A DNA stretch of 64,000 nucleotides. It comes from Octopus vulgaris. Lineage: Eukaryota. The position numbers and the translations under genes are program-made. Numbering within the stretch: position 1 is the stretch's first letter; each line of letters starts with the position of its first letter. Below, piece after piece: positions 40,501-53,548 of the stretch. Below the pieces are notes generated by a model that ran no database searches, was not told the origin of the DNA, and saw only the letters and a program-made list of their open reading frames with translations. The stretch is from positions 14,322,001-14,386,000 of the forward strand of contig OX597839.1 of the NCBI GenBank assembly GCA_951406725.2, in the 5' to 3' direction.

Positions 40501-41360
40501 ACTACATTATTCCATTCCCAACCCTAAGCAACGCTAGCCTACCACCCGGTTACAATTCCCAATTCCACTTATTCCACTCATAATTCCAATGACGCTCGCC
40601 TCCATAGTGCTACGTATGAGCCTCAACATATGCACCGGTGATTCGCTTCCACATCCGTGCGGATGGGTAAGAGTATGCATTGAGTGTAGTGATGGGGCTC
40701 CCTTTGCTATGCACGTTTGTACCTGTGTGGTAGTCTCCATGTGTATATTCGCGCACGGGTATAAGTGCGGGGGGGTATACACGCACGGCATGTGCGTGTG
40801 CTCCCTCACATGTACATGTGCATGCTTATTGGGCTCGATATGTGCAACGGTGTGTTCGCACCCGCATTCATGCGGATGGGTGAATTGCACAATTAAAATA
40901 CGCACACGTGTGTGTGTACGTTTTTTGGTTGTGTAGTTTGTTCATCCGGGTGTGAGTGGGTGTGAGCGTATTGTTGTGGATGTCGAGTTTGATACGTATG
41001 TATATGAGTGTGTTTGGGGGGTTGTACGTATGTGTTGTGTGTGTGTGTTTTGCGTATGTGTGTTTGTGTATGGATGAATATATGGGGATTGCTATGTGGG
41101 TATAATTGGGTATGGAGGGGGAGTTTTGTCATTGTATGGGTGTGGGTTTCATTTGTGATGGTGGTTTGTTGGTGATTTGTGGTATGTTCTGTATATTTGG
41201 GTTAGTTATGTATTGTTCTTGTGTGTGTAATTGTATACATGTATGATTGGTGTGAGTGGGATTGCGCCCATTTTTTGGGGATGTATGTGTTTATTTAAAA
41301 TTTTATGTATTGATTAAGTCTTTCCTTGTTTGTTTTGCAAAATAGTGGTTTTGTCTCTAA

Positions 41361-41372
<12 letters not shown>
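37580..41372 (-). mobile_element. Non-coding Penelope-like element between (TA)n tracts: inverted termini, hammerhead, ~1.2-kb internal tandem units and fold-backs
   Basis: 78-bp inverted repeat 37662-37739 / 41295-41372; hammerhead at 37759-37801; units starting ~38200 and ~39410. Confidence 0.7.
37759..37801 (-). ncRNA. Minimal type-I hammerhead ribozyme motif, canonical core
   Basis: CCAC-CTGAAGA-TTGTC(GATCAG)GACAA-GAAA-CAATTG-TA-GTGG. Confidence 0.8.
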
Positions 41373-41398
<26 letters not shown>

Positions 41399-41493
41399 CA
41401 TACATACACACACATTCGCCATGATAGATTGCTAGCGACTACACATTCTTTATTTTCTCTCCCTGTTCCTTTCATATATATATATATATATGT

Positions 41494-41543
<50 letters not shown>

Positions 41544-41674
41544 ATCGAGTTGGATATTTTATGATATTTTATATAATATATCCATTGAAGAAATATCTCT
41601 TCAAAATATAATATATTAAACCAATGTATCTTGGATCAAAATATCCCTATAAGAGGTTTGAATATCCTCATTGT

Positions 41675-41742
<68 letters not shown>

Positions 41743-42149
41743 ATATGTATGTATTCACTATTAGTAGAATATGTAGGCAGTTTTCATTAAAAGAACCAAC
41801 TGATAGTGGTGGAAAGTGGAATGGTCAGGAACCAAAGTCCAGTGACAGATGTTGGCTGATGGCCTTTGGATGGAGCATTACACATCTCTGTGTCACACAC
41901 GGTGACACAGATAAGGGACCAGCTACTGATTGTGCACAGTGTGGTGTTTTTGGATGGATTCAGGTATTGGAAGATTTTGTATTTATTCAGACCAGTGTTG
42001 AATGAGAACTGTTGCTGGTTGCAGTCTCTGATGATGCTGAATATCTCACCTGGTGGGGAAAAGGAAAAAGGAAAAGAGATATAGATAGATGCATAGGAAT
42101 ATTTGTTGGCAAATATTCATGCAAATATGACAATCACACACACACACAA

Positions 42150-42452
42150 TTTGGTTGTTCCTTCTCGAGCTATGCCTGGCTCATAAGAGTCAGTTTCCCG
42201 GTTTCTTGGCGTGTAGGTTCCCCACCTAGACGGGACGCCGGTCCGTCGAAGGTGAGCTGCAAGATGCAGGAGGAAAGAGTGAGAGAAAGTTGTGGCAAAA
42301 GAGTCAGCAGAAGTCTCGCCATTACCTTCTGCCAGAGCTGCGTGGAGCTTAGGTGTTTCGCTCATAAACACACATATCGCCAGGTCTGAGATTCGAACCT
42401 GCGATCCCTCGACCGCGAGTCTACTGCACTAACAACTAGGCCATGTGCCTCC
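42150..42452 (-). mobile_element. tRNA-derived SINE (family of 369-683)
   Basis: Reverse complement aligns end to end with 369-683. Confidence 0.85.
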
Positions 42453-42499
42453 ACAACACACACACAATATCAGTACAACACCTAATATCAGCAGCTGGG

Positions 42500-43540
42500 C
42501 CTGGCAGCATACACTGGTTTACCCCCGCTGCATCGTGCTGGTTCCGTACCCCTTTCAGCAACATCAAATTCACTCATCTGTTCACAAACACTCTCCAAGC
42601 TTTCCTATCATTTATAAACTCTCTTGCCTCTCTCACTCCAACACCTCTAACCACCAAAGCTTTCCTCACTCCATCCATCCACACAAACCCTGGTCTGTCT
42701 CTGGTTCTGCTGCCTACCACTTCAGCCTTCATCACTCCTCCTTACCATCCATTCCTCTTCTATCCTCTCCACGTGGCCAAACCACCTCAACATTAATCTA
42801 TCCATTTTGGTTGTTAGCTATTCTCTCATTTCTGCTCACCTTCACACATCCTCATTCCTCATCCTGTCCATCCATGTCACACCAACCATAGCCCTCAAAT
42901 ATTTCATCTCAAACACATCTAGTCGCCTCTTTTCTGCCTCTCTCAGCCCCCACGTCTCTGCACCATATAACATTGTTGGCACAATCATGCCCTCATACAC
43001 CCTTCATTTTGCGTTCATACTCAACCTTTTATCTCTTAGTATACCATTCACAACACCAAGTATCTTACCCCCCCTACTCTCACTCTATATCCCACTTTCT
43101 CAGCCAACCCACCCCCTCTGCCATCACATGTATTCCCAGATACTTAAAAACACTCACCTCCCTTAACATATCACCATTTATACTCACATCCATCCTACTA
43201 GCCATTCCATCTCTTGAACATCTCATCACCTTACTCTTAGCTACATTCACTTTCAGTTTCCTCTTCTCACACTCTTCCATACTCTACCACCAGTTTCCTT
43301 CATTGCTATTCTGAATCTGTCACAAGTGCTGTATCATCAGCAAACAACATCTGACTCACCTGCCATTTCTCTCCATTTTCTCCTACCATTTGGTCTTCCC
43401 TATCAAAGGGCCTAGCATTTACCTCTCTCACCACACCATCCATATATGAATTAAACAGTCATGGAGACATCACACAACTCTGTCTTAATTCCACCTTCAT
43501 ATCAAACCACTCACTTTTCACCACCCACCCTAATGCACAC
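42500..43540 (-). mobile_element. RTE-like LINE 3' fragment
   Basis: VSQMLFADDTALV, KLKVNVAKSKVMRC, FKYLG; degraded. Confidence 0.75.
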
Positions 43541-44460
43541 CCTACTTAAATAATTACATAAAAATACAGGTACCTGTACATCAGTGAAAATTAATGTAGA
43601 TTACAAGTGGTTCTGGACACCTCAGTGTCTGAAAAGTTGGTCTTGCATAATTTTATTTTCATATGTGGAGTTGTATAATGCTATTACTATATTTGGTATA
43701 TAATGCTCATATTGTATCATACTGTTGTCATATCTGTTGATATATGTAATTCTAGTGTGATATTTGGTGTTGTGCAGTGCTGTTATCACAACTGGTGACT
43801 GTATAATGCTATACTTACTGTTATATCTGTTGTACAATGCCTGTGTCATTTCTTGAAATGGATAATAATAGTATTATATGTGATACTGTTTCATCTTACT
43901 TGTCATACCGAGAATTGCACAATCCTTGTGTGAAATCAGGTGCTGTGTATGATGAGATTGAAATCTTTTGTTGTATGTAACGTGAGTATCATCATCATCA
44001 TCACTATCACTTATCATCACCAGTTAACTTCTGTCTTCCAGGTTGTCTTGCATTACTGTCTTTCGTTACTGTATTTATTTTGAGACGCTCTATGCTTCTT
44101 TCAATTACTTTAAATATAACAAAGAATTTAGTAAAATAACTTAGTTATCATTCAGCTAGTGTTAGGAACATAAATTGTGATTAAGGTTTGGTGGAAGATT
44201 TTAGTTTAAAATCTTTGAAAACAAGACATTTGTACTCAGAGCCAGAGCCGGTTTCAGCCAGGCTGGTTAACAGGATCTGATAAGTCACTGGGCTGTGTTG
44301 AGCTCCAATATCAGCAACACTATGTGTTGTATGATAACTATTATATCTTCTGTTGTTTATTACTGGTAACTTACATTTTGTATAATACTAGTGTCCTTTC
44401 TGTTATAAAATTTGAATTTTGTATAATATATTGAATGGTATTTTAAAAAAAATACTATAA

Positions 44461-44975
44461 AATGGTATTTGTTTGAAATATAAATTAGAAATTACTGCTT
44501 TTGATTTTGGCAAGTACACTTTAGTATGAGAATCTTTAAATCCATATATACTTCCTTGGTTAGTCTTCTGTAATAATCCATAATATTTATGTGTAAAATC
44601 CATTATATTGTCTTGTATTCCAAATATAGTTCATAGACTTAGATAATATAGAATAATGGAATCCTACATTGATAAGCATCTATAGATAACTCTTCTTCTC
44701 TTTGGTAATATCAAATGTGAAATTTGTATAATTTTACAAATGGTAGTTTTAAAAAAAAAAATATTATGAAGTAATATGGGAAAATGGTGTTTGTTTGAAA
44801 TATGAATTAAAAATGACTGCTTTTGATTTTGGTAAGTACACTTTTAGTATGAGAATCTTGAAATTCATTTATGCCTCCTTGGTAATTCTTCTGTAGCAAT
44901 CCATAATAATTATGTATAAAATCCATTATATTATCCTGTATTCCAAATATAGTTCATATACTTAAATAATATAAA
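44461..44975. repeat. Diverged direct repeat, ~320-bp spacing
   Basis: AATGGT[A/G]TTTGTTTGAAATA...TATTCCAAATATAGTTCATA at ~44461 and ~44783. Confidence 0.8.
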
Positions 44976-45064
44976 AATAAAATTATATGTGAAGTTATAA
45001 AATTATTTTACATATGTATATATCTTTCTGAAGAATTTTCTAATATTGATTTCCTGATATCAAT

Positions 45065-45099
<35 letters not shown>

Positions 45100-45110
<11 letters not shown>

Positions 45111-45412
45111 AAACAAGTCAAGATAGAAAATGCTAAAATAATTTTATAAAGAACATTTCAGTACCGGTTTCAGTAATTTTGAAACCTCTTCAACTGTAAG
45201 TGTAAACAAGAGAGACAGAGAAAGGAAAATGCCACTTATATTTGAACACTATACAAATATTCTTTTAAAAAAACTTTTTAAAAAATTTTTTCTAAATTTA
45301 ATTATTTAATCGTTACAGTTGAAAAGGTCTCAAAATGACTGAAACCGGTACTGAAATGCTCTTTATAAAATTATTTTAGCATTTTCTATCTTGACTTCTT
45401 TTTCATATATAT
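45100..45412. repeat. Inverted pair of ~100-bp arms between (TA)n tracts, each with a hammerhead motif
   Basis: Arms ~45100-45199 and 45313-45412. Confidence 0.85.
45313..45356 (+). ncRNA. Minimal type-I hammerhead motif, U3-A8 variant (decayed mirror at 45156-45199, minus strand)
   Basis: TTACAG-TTGAAAA-GGTC(TCAAAAT)GACT-GAAA-CCGG-TA-CTGAAA. Confidence 0.65.
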
Positions 45413-45438
45413 CAACTCGTGTGTTCCTTTTCATCCTT

Positions 45439-45483
<45 letters not shown>

Positions 45484-45959
45484 TATATTTATGACAAAAT
45501 CAGATAACAAAGCCAAGGCTGTGAGGAGTTTTCAGGACATTTATAAGGAAAAAGATACAGTTTTACAGCTGTTTCTGGGATATTATGGATATCCCTTCAT
45601 TAACGCTGATATGTGAGATAGTTAAATAGAGGTAAATATTTGAGTTTGAAATAAGGAATTATTACAGAAAAGGAAAAGATAGGTAATATTGAGGGAAATA
45701 AGAGAATGAAAGCAGAAATGAAAATATAAAATATATAAAGATATTGTAGTTGCAGTTCCATTATTCAAGGAAAGTGGTGTATAGAAGTGGTAAAAAAAGT
45801 TCCAATAGTAGTTCATGTTTAGTCATTTGAAAGTATGGAGGGGTGGATTCTGTGTTGCTCATTTGAAGGGGTCTTGTGGTGTGGATGAAAATTTGAGAAT
45901 GTATTGGTTGCATTTGTGGGTGGGTGTATGATTAGAATCCAAGGAGGAAAGAAACAATG

Positions 45960-48065
45960 GAATATTGTTATAAGCACAGTTGATGTGAAAGAACAAGTGG
46001 GTAAAGTGCCTAACTGGAAAGACCCCAGATCAGATGGGATTCAGGGCTTTTGGCTAAAGAGATGCCACGGTGTTTAAAAGACTAACAGCCCAGTTGAATG
46101 AGTGTGTCCAGAAAGGTACAGTTCCTGCATGGATGGTGACTAGGAGAATAACACTTATAATGAAAAATAGGAGAATATTGTGGGGAAACCACTGTCCCAT
46201 AACATGCCTAAACATAATCTGGAAGATAGTCACTGGAATATGTTCAGCAAAGACATATACTTTCCTGGCACAGGAAGAAATACCACCAAGGGAACAAAAG
46301 GATGTAGGAAGAGTTTTTAGAGTACCAAAGATCACCTGGTCTTTGATAAAACAATTTTGAGGCATTGTAAAAAACCTCATACAAACATGTGTATGGCTTG
46401 GATTGACTTTAAGAAGGCATATGATATGATGCCTCATTCTTGGATCATTGAATGCCTACATATGTTTGGTGTTGCTGACAATATCACAAATTTTCTGATG
46501 CATAGCATGAAAGAGTGGAAAACCAAATTGTACTCAAGTAATGTATTCCTTGGAGAAGTTAATATTAAAAGGGGTATCTTCCAAGGTGACTCGTTTTCTC
46601 TGTTTCTGTTTGTAATTGCACTAATACCCATAACAATGACACTTAGGAAAGTTAAGATGGGTTAACAATGTGGGAAGAAAGGCCCCTCATTGAACGATCT
46701 CTTATTCATGGATGACCTGAAGTTGTTTGGAAAGTCTGAAAAACAGATAGATTCCTTAACCAAAACAGTCTAGAAGTGTGGTAGGAACACCGGTATGGAA
46801 TTTGGGATGACCAAATTCTCAGTACTTAATACGAAAAGAGGGAAGAAAACAGCCTGCAGAGGATTGCGATTACCATCAGGAGAGACTTATGGGTGAACCT
46901 GATGGTAGTGGGTATAGATATTTAGGGATTTTGGAGCTGGATGACATTCTACACAGAGAAATGGGAGTCAATGTCAGTGAGGCATATCAGAAAAGGGTGA
47001 AGATGGTGTTGAAATCCAACCTGAATGCCAAAAATTTGATTACCGCAATGAATATCTGGACAGTTGTGGTGGTGAGATATAGTGTGTCCACCCTCAAATG
47101 GATTAAAGGACAAGAAAGTTGATGACGCTGCATGGGGCGCCACACCCTAAAGCAAATGTAAACAGACTGGATACAAAAAGAAAGAATGGTGGCAGAGGAC
47201 TAATTAGTATAGACCATTGTATAAGAAGTGAAAGGAGAACACTTACTGAGTATTTGATAAATAGTCAAGACCTGCTGCAATATGCCACAAAAGATATAGG
47301 TGTAAATGCAGATGAAATGATGGGCAAGGAAGAGTTTAACCAAAGAGCTGAGGAGAAGAGGAATGAAGACCTTCTTGAAATGAGAATGCATGGACAGTTT
47401 CGAAGGAATACACAGGACATTAAGGATAATACAGCATTGTGGGCATGGCTTCTGCGAGGTGATTTGAAGCGCCCCACTAAAAGCTGGATCATTGTTGCAC
47501 AAGACCAGGCTCTCACTAGCAAGTCAGTGAAGTATAACATCTATAAAATTTCTGACATCCAGAAATGCAGACTCTGTGGAAAGAGTGACCCACTTTGTAA
47601 GTGGATATGAGAGCCTTGCACAAAAGAATACAAGAGTTACCACGATAAAGTGTGTGTGTGTTCATTGACTCTTATGCTGTAAATACCAATATGAAGTTAC
47701 AGAGAACTGGTATGAGCATGTACCAAGTAAAGTTATGTAGGAAGATGCAAAAGTAATGATACTCTGGGATTTTGATTTTCAGATAGATTGTGTAATTGAA
47801 CACCATCGGACGGATTTTGTCATATTGAATAAGAGAGACAAATACTGTCAGATCATTGATGTAGCCATACCAAATGACATGAATATTGTGAGTAAAGAGG
47901 TTGAAAAATTGACTAAGTACTCCAAATTGAAAGTGGAAATGGAATGCGAGAGGGTAATGTAAAAGTGATACCATTGAAACTTCAAAACAGGAAATCTCAT
48001 GCAAGATTGATGTCTTGCAACAAGCAGCCTTGTTGGGCACAGCCCACATCTTAAGGAGAGTGTGA
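45960..48065 (+). mobile_element. Older degraded R4/Dong-like LINE
   Basis: AWIDFKKAYD, RGIFQGDSFS, LFMDDLKLF, YRYLGI, CRLCG, ILWDF; many stops and frameshifts. Confidence 0.85.
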
Positions 48066-48714
48066 TCTGTCTGAGGTCAACCTTGTCTTTCATCCTTTTG
48101 GGATCGCAAAATTAAGTATCAGTTGAACTTAGGGGGCTGATGTAATAAACAAAATCTCTCTTTTCAGATTTTACGCCTTGTGCCTATAGTCAAATGAACC
48201 ATGAATTTTGATAGCAGGTGTGAGAGAGAGTCAATTAAAATGGCTCTGTTATTTTATTGATTCTTTATTTTATAGGTTCTGGAAAGGAAGAAAGGTACAG
48301 TTGACCATGACAGGATGTGACCTTTGAATGTAGAAAGCCAGATGACTCTGTTTTATCTTTATATTGTGAATGAATGTGATGACAAACTGAACTCAACAAA
48401 ACTCTTTGTCTTTCTTTCTTCCTTCTTTCCATCCATTCTTTCAATCCATTCTTTGTCCATTCTTTTGTCAAGTCTTTGTTTCTTTCTTTAAAGTATGACA
48501 GGTTTATTTTATTTGATAATATTTGAATTTGTAATGAAGCTGACAATAGTTTAGTATTTTTCTTCTTCTTCATTGCCATCCTACAGGTTTTACTGTTAAT
48601 CTTTCTGGTGTCAATTAAATAAATACCCTTAATATAAACCAATAAAATGTGGAAAACAACGTCTGTGAACTGATATTGAAATCATGGCTGGTAGGACTGA
48701 CAATGATTAAAGAG

Positions 48715-48986
48715 TTAACTGAAGTTTGTGAGTCGCTTCACTGAAAGTAATGATATGACAAATAGTGGTAAGCTCAATGTAATGCAATCTGATTTGCCAA
48801 ATATGCCATTGCACATGTCTTCATTACACAACGAAACGCACAGTATTGCTGCTTCAGACATAATATAAGTGCACACGGAAATGTTGTAATTCCCATTAAC
48901 TTTTCTAAGTTTTTTGTATGGTGAATTGTTCATTGTGAATGAGAATGTCTCATCGTTACAGTCCCTAATAATAGCTTGTACTTGCC
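48715..48986 (-). CDS. Ly6/uPAR-domain GPI-anchored protein, coding exon 3
   Basis: Acceptor TTCTCTTCAG|GG, phase 1; QVQAIIRDC...CVSLCNEDMCN followed by hydrophobic tail LSLPLFVISLL and a stop. Confidence 0.88.
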
Positions 48987-49314
48987 CTGAAGAGAAAATA
49001 AACAATTGTGAGAAGCAAGGAGAGAAAGGGAAACCTTAAGTTTTTACTGCAAAACCCAAAAGAAGGAAACATTCCTGTAATGTTTTTGCGCAAGTCATTG
49101 GAAATAAATCTTTTTTTTAACCTGATAACATTCTTATTACTCTATCAAATGTATTGTTTTTAATTAATCATGCATTATCTTATAGCTTTGAGATTTCGAT
49201 GATGTAATTGTTTATTTTTAGAATGACATTGTAGGGTAAGTGAGAGAGGCTGGATCTGGCTGACTTGAACATAAAACATGTAGAGTATTTGGGCTGGATA
49301 AGGTTGGTTTAAAT

Positions 49315-49735
49315 CAGAGGTGTCAAACTCAATCACACAGAGAGCCAAAACTCAAATCACACTTAAGGTTGCAGACCGAACTGAGATAAGCATTCATTAA
49401 GCAGTGGAAAATGAAACCTTTTTTTAAACAATGATATGAATTAAAACAGACAAAATTTAAAATAATAGCAAATCAAGTCATACCAATTTATCAGAGCTGG
49501 ATGTTTGGCATCTTTCCTTGGCAATAAGTTCATTTATGTTTGGAATAAGGTTCTGAGTTATAGAGATTCTCATGATGGACTGCTGGTGTCCATCAATGAG
49601 ATGACACCTGTGTGATATTTTGTAAAGCTTCATCCCAGAGAACAGCTTCTCACACAGATATATAATACCAAACATGCTCAAGGTTTGAGCCGCATTTAGA
49701 TGAATTTGGGGCATCTCTTTAGGAATGAATAAAAT
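49315..49735 (-). mobile_element. hAT (Charlie/Buster-like) transposon end with transposase C-terminal remnant
   Basis: TIR-like CAGAGGTGTCAAAC; SMFGIIYLCEKLFSGMK..HRCHLID resembles the hAT dimerisation motif. Confidence 0.75.
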
Positions 49736-51609
49736 TAAAACTGAGTTTTTGGAGACTTACTTGTCAGGCAGCTGATTTGATCCGAGGTCATGTGTTCAAA
49801 CTAAAACGATTGATGACACATTTTTAGCCACTCAAAAATGCACAAACAGTTAACTTCACTTCAATTGTTATTATTTGTTATTTGATGACAATATTTCCAT
49901 CAGTGTCAGTTCATGCGGAAAAAGTTTTGGCAGCAAATCATCATCATCGCTGTTTTCATCATCAAACATCATTGTCATCATCATCGTCATCAATATCATT
50001 GTCATTTAATGTGCATTTTCCATGCTGGCATGGGCTGGATGGTTTTTGATAGGAACTGATAAGGCCCAAGGCCACACAAAGCTCCATAGTTTATCTTGGT
50101 ATGGCTTCTATGGCTGGACGCCGTTCCTAATGCGAACCCCTTTACAGATTTGTACTGGGTGCTTTCTACATGGCACTAGTACCAGTGCATTTTATGTAAC
50201 ACCAGCACCGATAGGGTCATCAAGTTACTAGCAAGACAAAACACCACCTCAGCTCGAAGCAGGGAGTAATAATGAGTGGGGTGGCTTTGTGCCAGTTGAT
50301 GAGAGAAGAAAGGTATAGAGGGCCAGGGGTAGATGTCCTGTGGTGTAGAGCAGATATGTTTAAAGTGAAGTTAACAGTCTTTGTTTTTCAATGACTTATA
50401 TGTGGAAACCATACTGAAAATGTTTAAAACTGAGTTATTTACTTGAGTGATTTATTTATTCAAAAAACATTTTTCTTTTGTCATATTAAATTAATTCATA
50501 GAAAATGCAATCTATTGGAAATCTAAAGCTTTCCATTTAATAATCAATATATTTTGCTGGCTAAGTTTACTTCTGTTAGGTTTTGTTGCTAAAACTTAAG
50601 GGTTACTGGATGAAAAATTTCATTCAACATAAAATAAAAAATATCAATTTAAAATAAATAAAAATAAGTAAAATTAAAAATAGATAAATTTGGTTAAAAT
50701 TCATTAAATTCATTTTAAAAATTCATATTTAACTTTCAGTAATTTTTATTGAAATTTCATTTAAATTATTATTGTTATTGTTGTTGTTATTGTGGTGGAA
50801 TCATTGGACAAAATTCCGTATATTATTTAGTTACAATTCTTTACAATCTGAGCGCAAACCTAGCTGAGGTCAAATTTGCCTTTCATAGACATGGGGTTGA
50901 TAAAACAAAAGTACCAGTCAAATACTGGGGTCAATTTAAATGATTTAACACTCTCCTCTACCAAATTGCTTATCTGGTCTCTAAATTAGAATTTTTTATT
51001 ATTATTGTTGTTGTTGTTTTTGTTGTTATTGCCTTAGCAGAGGCAGAGGTATTGTTTTCAATCGTGTTTGTTTGTTTGTGGACAAGATATCTCAAGAACC
51101 GCTGGATGGATTTGGATAAAACTTTCAGGGATGTTTGGTCTCATGACTTGTACAAACTGATTAGATTTTGGGATTGATCCAGTACTGGACAAGGATTCTG
51201 GATTATTTGTTATACTTACTTTACTTTACATAAAGTATTATGAACTTACGTTGACATTCAAGTCTTTCTCTGAACATCTCCCTTGAAAGTATGTTCATGG
51301 TTTCCACACAAGATATGGCTGCCTTGCTGTTTCCAAAGTTTTATTTTCATTTCTCTATTATTAATTTTTACTTGTGTCTCTATGTTAGTAGAAACTGATG
51401 GATAAATAAATCAAGCTACATAAACAAACAGCAGCAAAACCATTCAGAAATTAAATAACATCAACATATTCAGTAACAATAATAAATTTAATTTATCCTT
51501 GACAATTTTTAGTTTTACCAATTTTGAATAGATCGCTCCTCTCTAAAACTTCTTACCTACTTGACAGTTGCATTTCTAGCTCTGCCTTGAGGGAAGCTTT
51601 ACTTCTTGG

Positions 51610-51790
51610 ACTCACATTCTTGTGCGCAATAATGTTGTTAAACCTTCGTTAACAGCACTGTATGCAGGTCCTTTCCATTTTCTTTCATGCACGGATAAAT
51701 TTTTCACTTTAAACCTTAATGGTCATAAAAACACCATATCAATGGATAGACTGAAAAAAGCCTTCACAGAGAAAACTGTCCCTGTTCCCA
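51610..51790 (+). pseudogene. Gypsy integrase C-terminal (GPF/Y) fragment
   Basis: KPSLTALYAGPF...TISMDRLKKAF. Confidence 0.6.
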
Positions 51791-53371
51791 CTGCAGACGA
51801 CACACACACACACATACCATTACAAACATGGCCCAAACACCTACCTCCACATTCCATGACTACCATTGGAATTGGTCAGGTACCAAACAAGGACTCTGGA
51901 TTGTTTTTCTGTTTTTTACTTAATTTTTGAGAGTGGTCAGGCTCAAATTTAGTATTCTTATTTGTGAGAGCAGTCGAGTTTATTTCAGATAGTCTCATTT
52001 TAAAAATCATCTCCAGGTCCCGGGGCCTTCCAGTTACCCATTTTTTTGCTGATTTCCTTCACTTCCCTAACTGAAATGACTAGTTGACCCCAGTTTTGTT
52101 CACTGTTGCAAATTTAAGCCAATTTAAGAGGATAAAGACAATTTGACCTTAAAGGGTTTTGTGGTAAGAAAGTATATACGTGAGCACACACACACGCACA
52201 CACACAACACTTGTCTTCTTCCAGTTCATAACCAAAGATGCAAAGACAACTGGAAACGGATTTCTTTCCCCTTACCAGTTTGCTTAATATTAGTACTGTG
52301 ACTAGTCATTATATAAAATTTACTTAGTGACTTTACTCTGGCAAGGAGTGGGAAATACATGTCAGCCAGGCCAAATGAAGAATGCAGAGTTATGTGCCTT
52401 AACCAAGATCCACAATACTAGTATTGCAGTTAAGCATATCAAATTTACCCAGTGCCTTTATTTAATGAAGTTGGTTGAATGGCAGACAGTATTACTAGTG
52501 AGGCATACTGAAGCAAAGGGGCATAATATTAGCATTGTGGCTAATTGTTATCAATATAATTAACCCAGTATTTATATTCCTTTGAGGAGCATGAGTGGCA
52601 AACCCAATTCTCCACCTAGTTCAAAACCACCACTTGGCTTTTCAGTACCTTTAGTGGGGTCCACTCCATTGCAAGCATTTGAGCAAGGCTTCAAGTCAGG
52701 GATAATTCTTCCCTTTCTCACATCAGTCATGGAAACCTTTAGAAGAGTCATTGTTAGTGAGAGGGTGTGGGGTACCTTTTCTCCTCTTATTAAACCTTAA
52801 AGAAAAGAACAACCTACTGTATTTTCCAGCATACATGTCAACGTAGTATACAGTGGAAACATTCAAGCTTCATCACTGTCTTTCGAAATCCTGCTGCCCT
52901 TCACATAAAACTCTTAGTTCTTCAAAGTTAACTTGATGTATAAATTGACCTGCCATTTTTGATTGTTAATTTTAGCCTGAAATATTTGACTTGTATACCA
53001 GAAAATATAATACACGCGTGGTGTGTGAGCACACAACACGCATACATATGTATGCAGATGTACCTTGTTTTTTGCTATACAAGTCAACATAGTATGTTGT
53101 GTACACATGTGGTGTGAACATTCAAACATTGTCACTGTTTTTCCAAATCCTGCAGCATTTCACATGGAATGTTTGCTCCACCAAAGTCGTCTTGGTGTAA
53201 AGTTGGTCTACCCCTTTTGGCTGTAAATTATGGTCAGAAAACTTTTGACTTGTATGTAGGAAAATACAGTAAGTGTGGCACCTGTTGTCAGTCAGATAGT
53301 CTGAAGTAAGGAGAATTAAATGTTAAAAAACTACTGTTGTTGCATCTAGTGGATATATATATTCAACTTAC

Positions 53372-53548
53372 CATTTTTCATGTATCTTTCAATTGCACAG
53401 TATGGCTCTTTCATGTGTGAATATTTAGAACAGTTTACTGCAAACTTTGAATCCATTCCCCGTCTGTATTCCCTTATATCTGATTCACATTTTGAAAAAG
53501 GTTGGCTTCCTTCACAACTGTAGCAGAACAGACCATTGCTGGTTGAAA
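53372..53548 (-). CDS. Ly6/uPAR-domain protein, coding exon 2
   Basis: TTTACTTTCAG| acceptor, |GTAAGT donor, phase 1-1; VSTSNGLFCYSC...KC...NC...YCAIERYMKN. Confidence 0.88.

Noticed and set aside
40534-40936. Cys/His-rich ORFs resembling metal-binding proteins
   Set aside because: They are by-products of the A/G-shifted repeat arm; the sister copies do not keep these frames.
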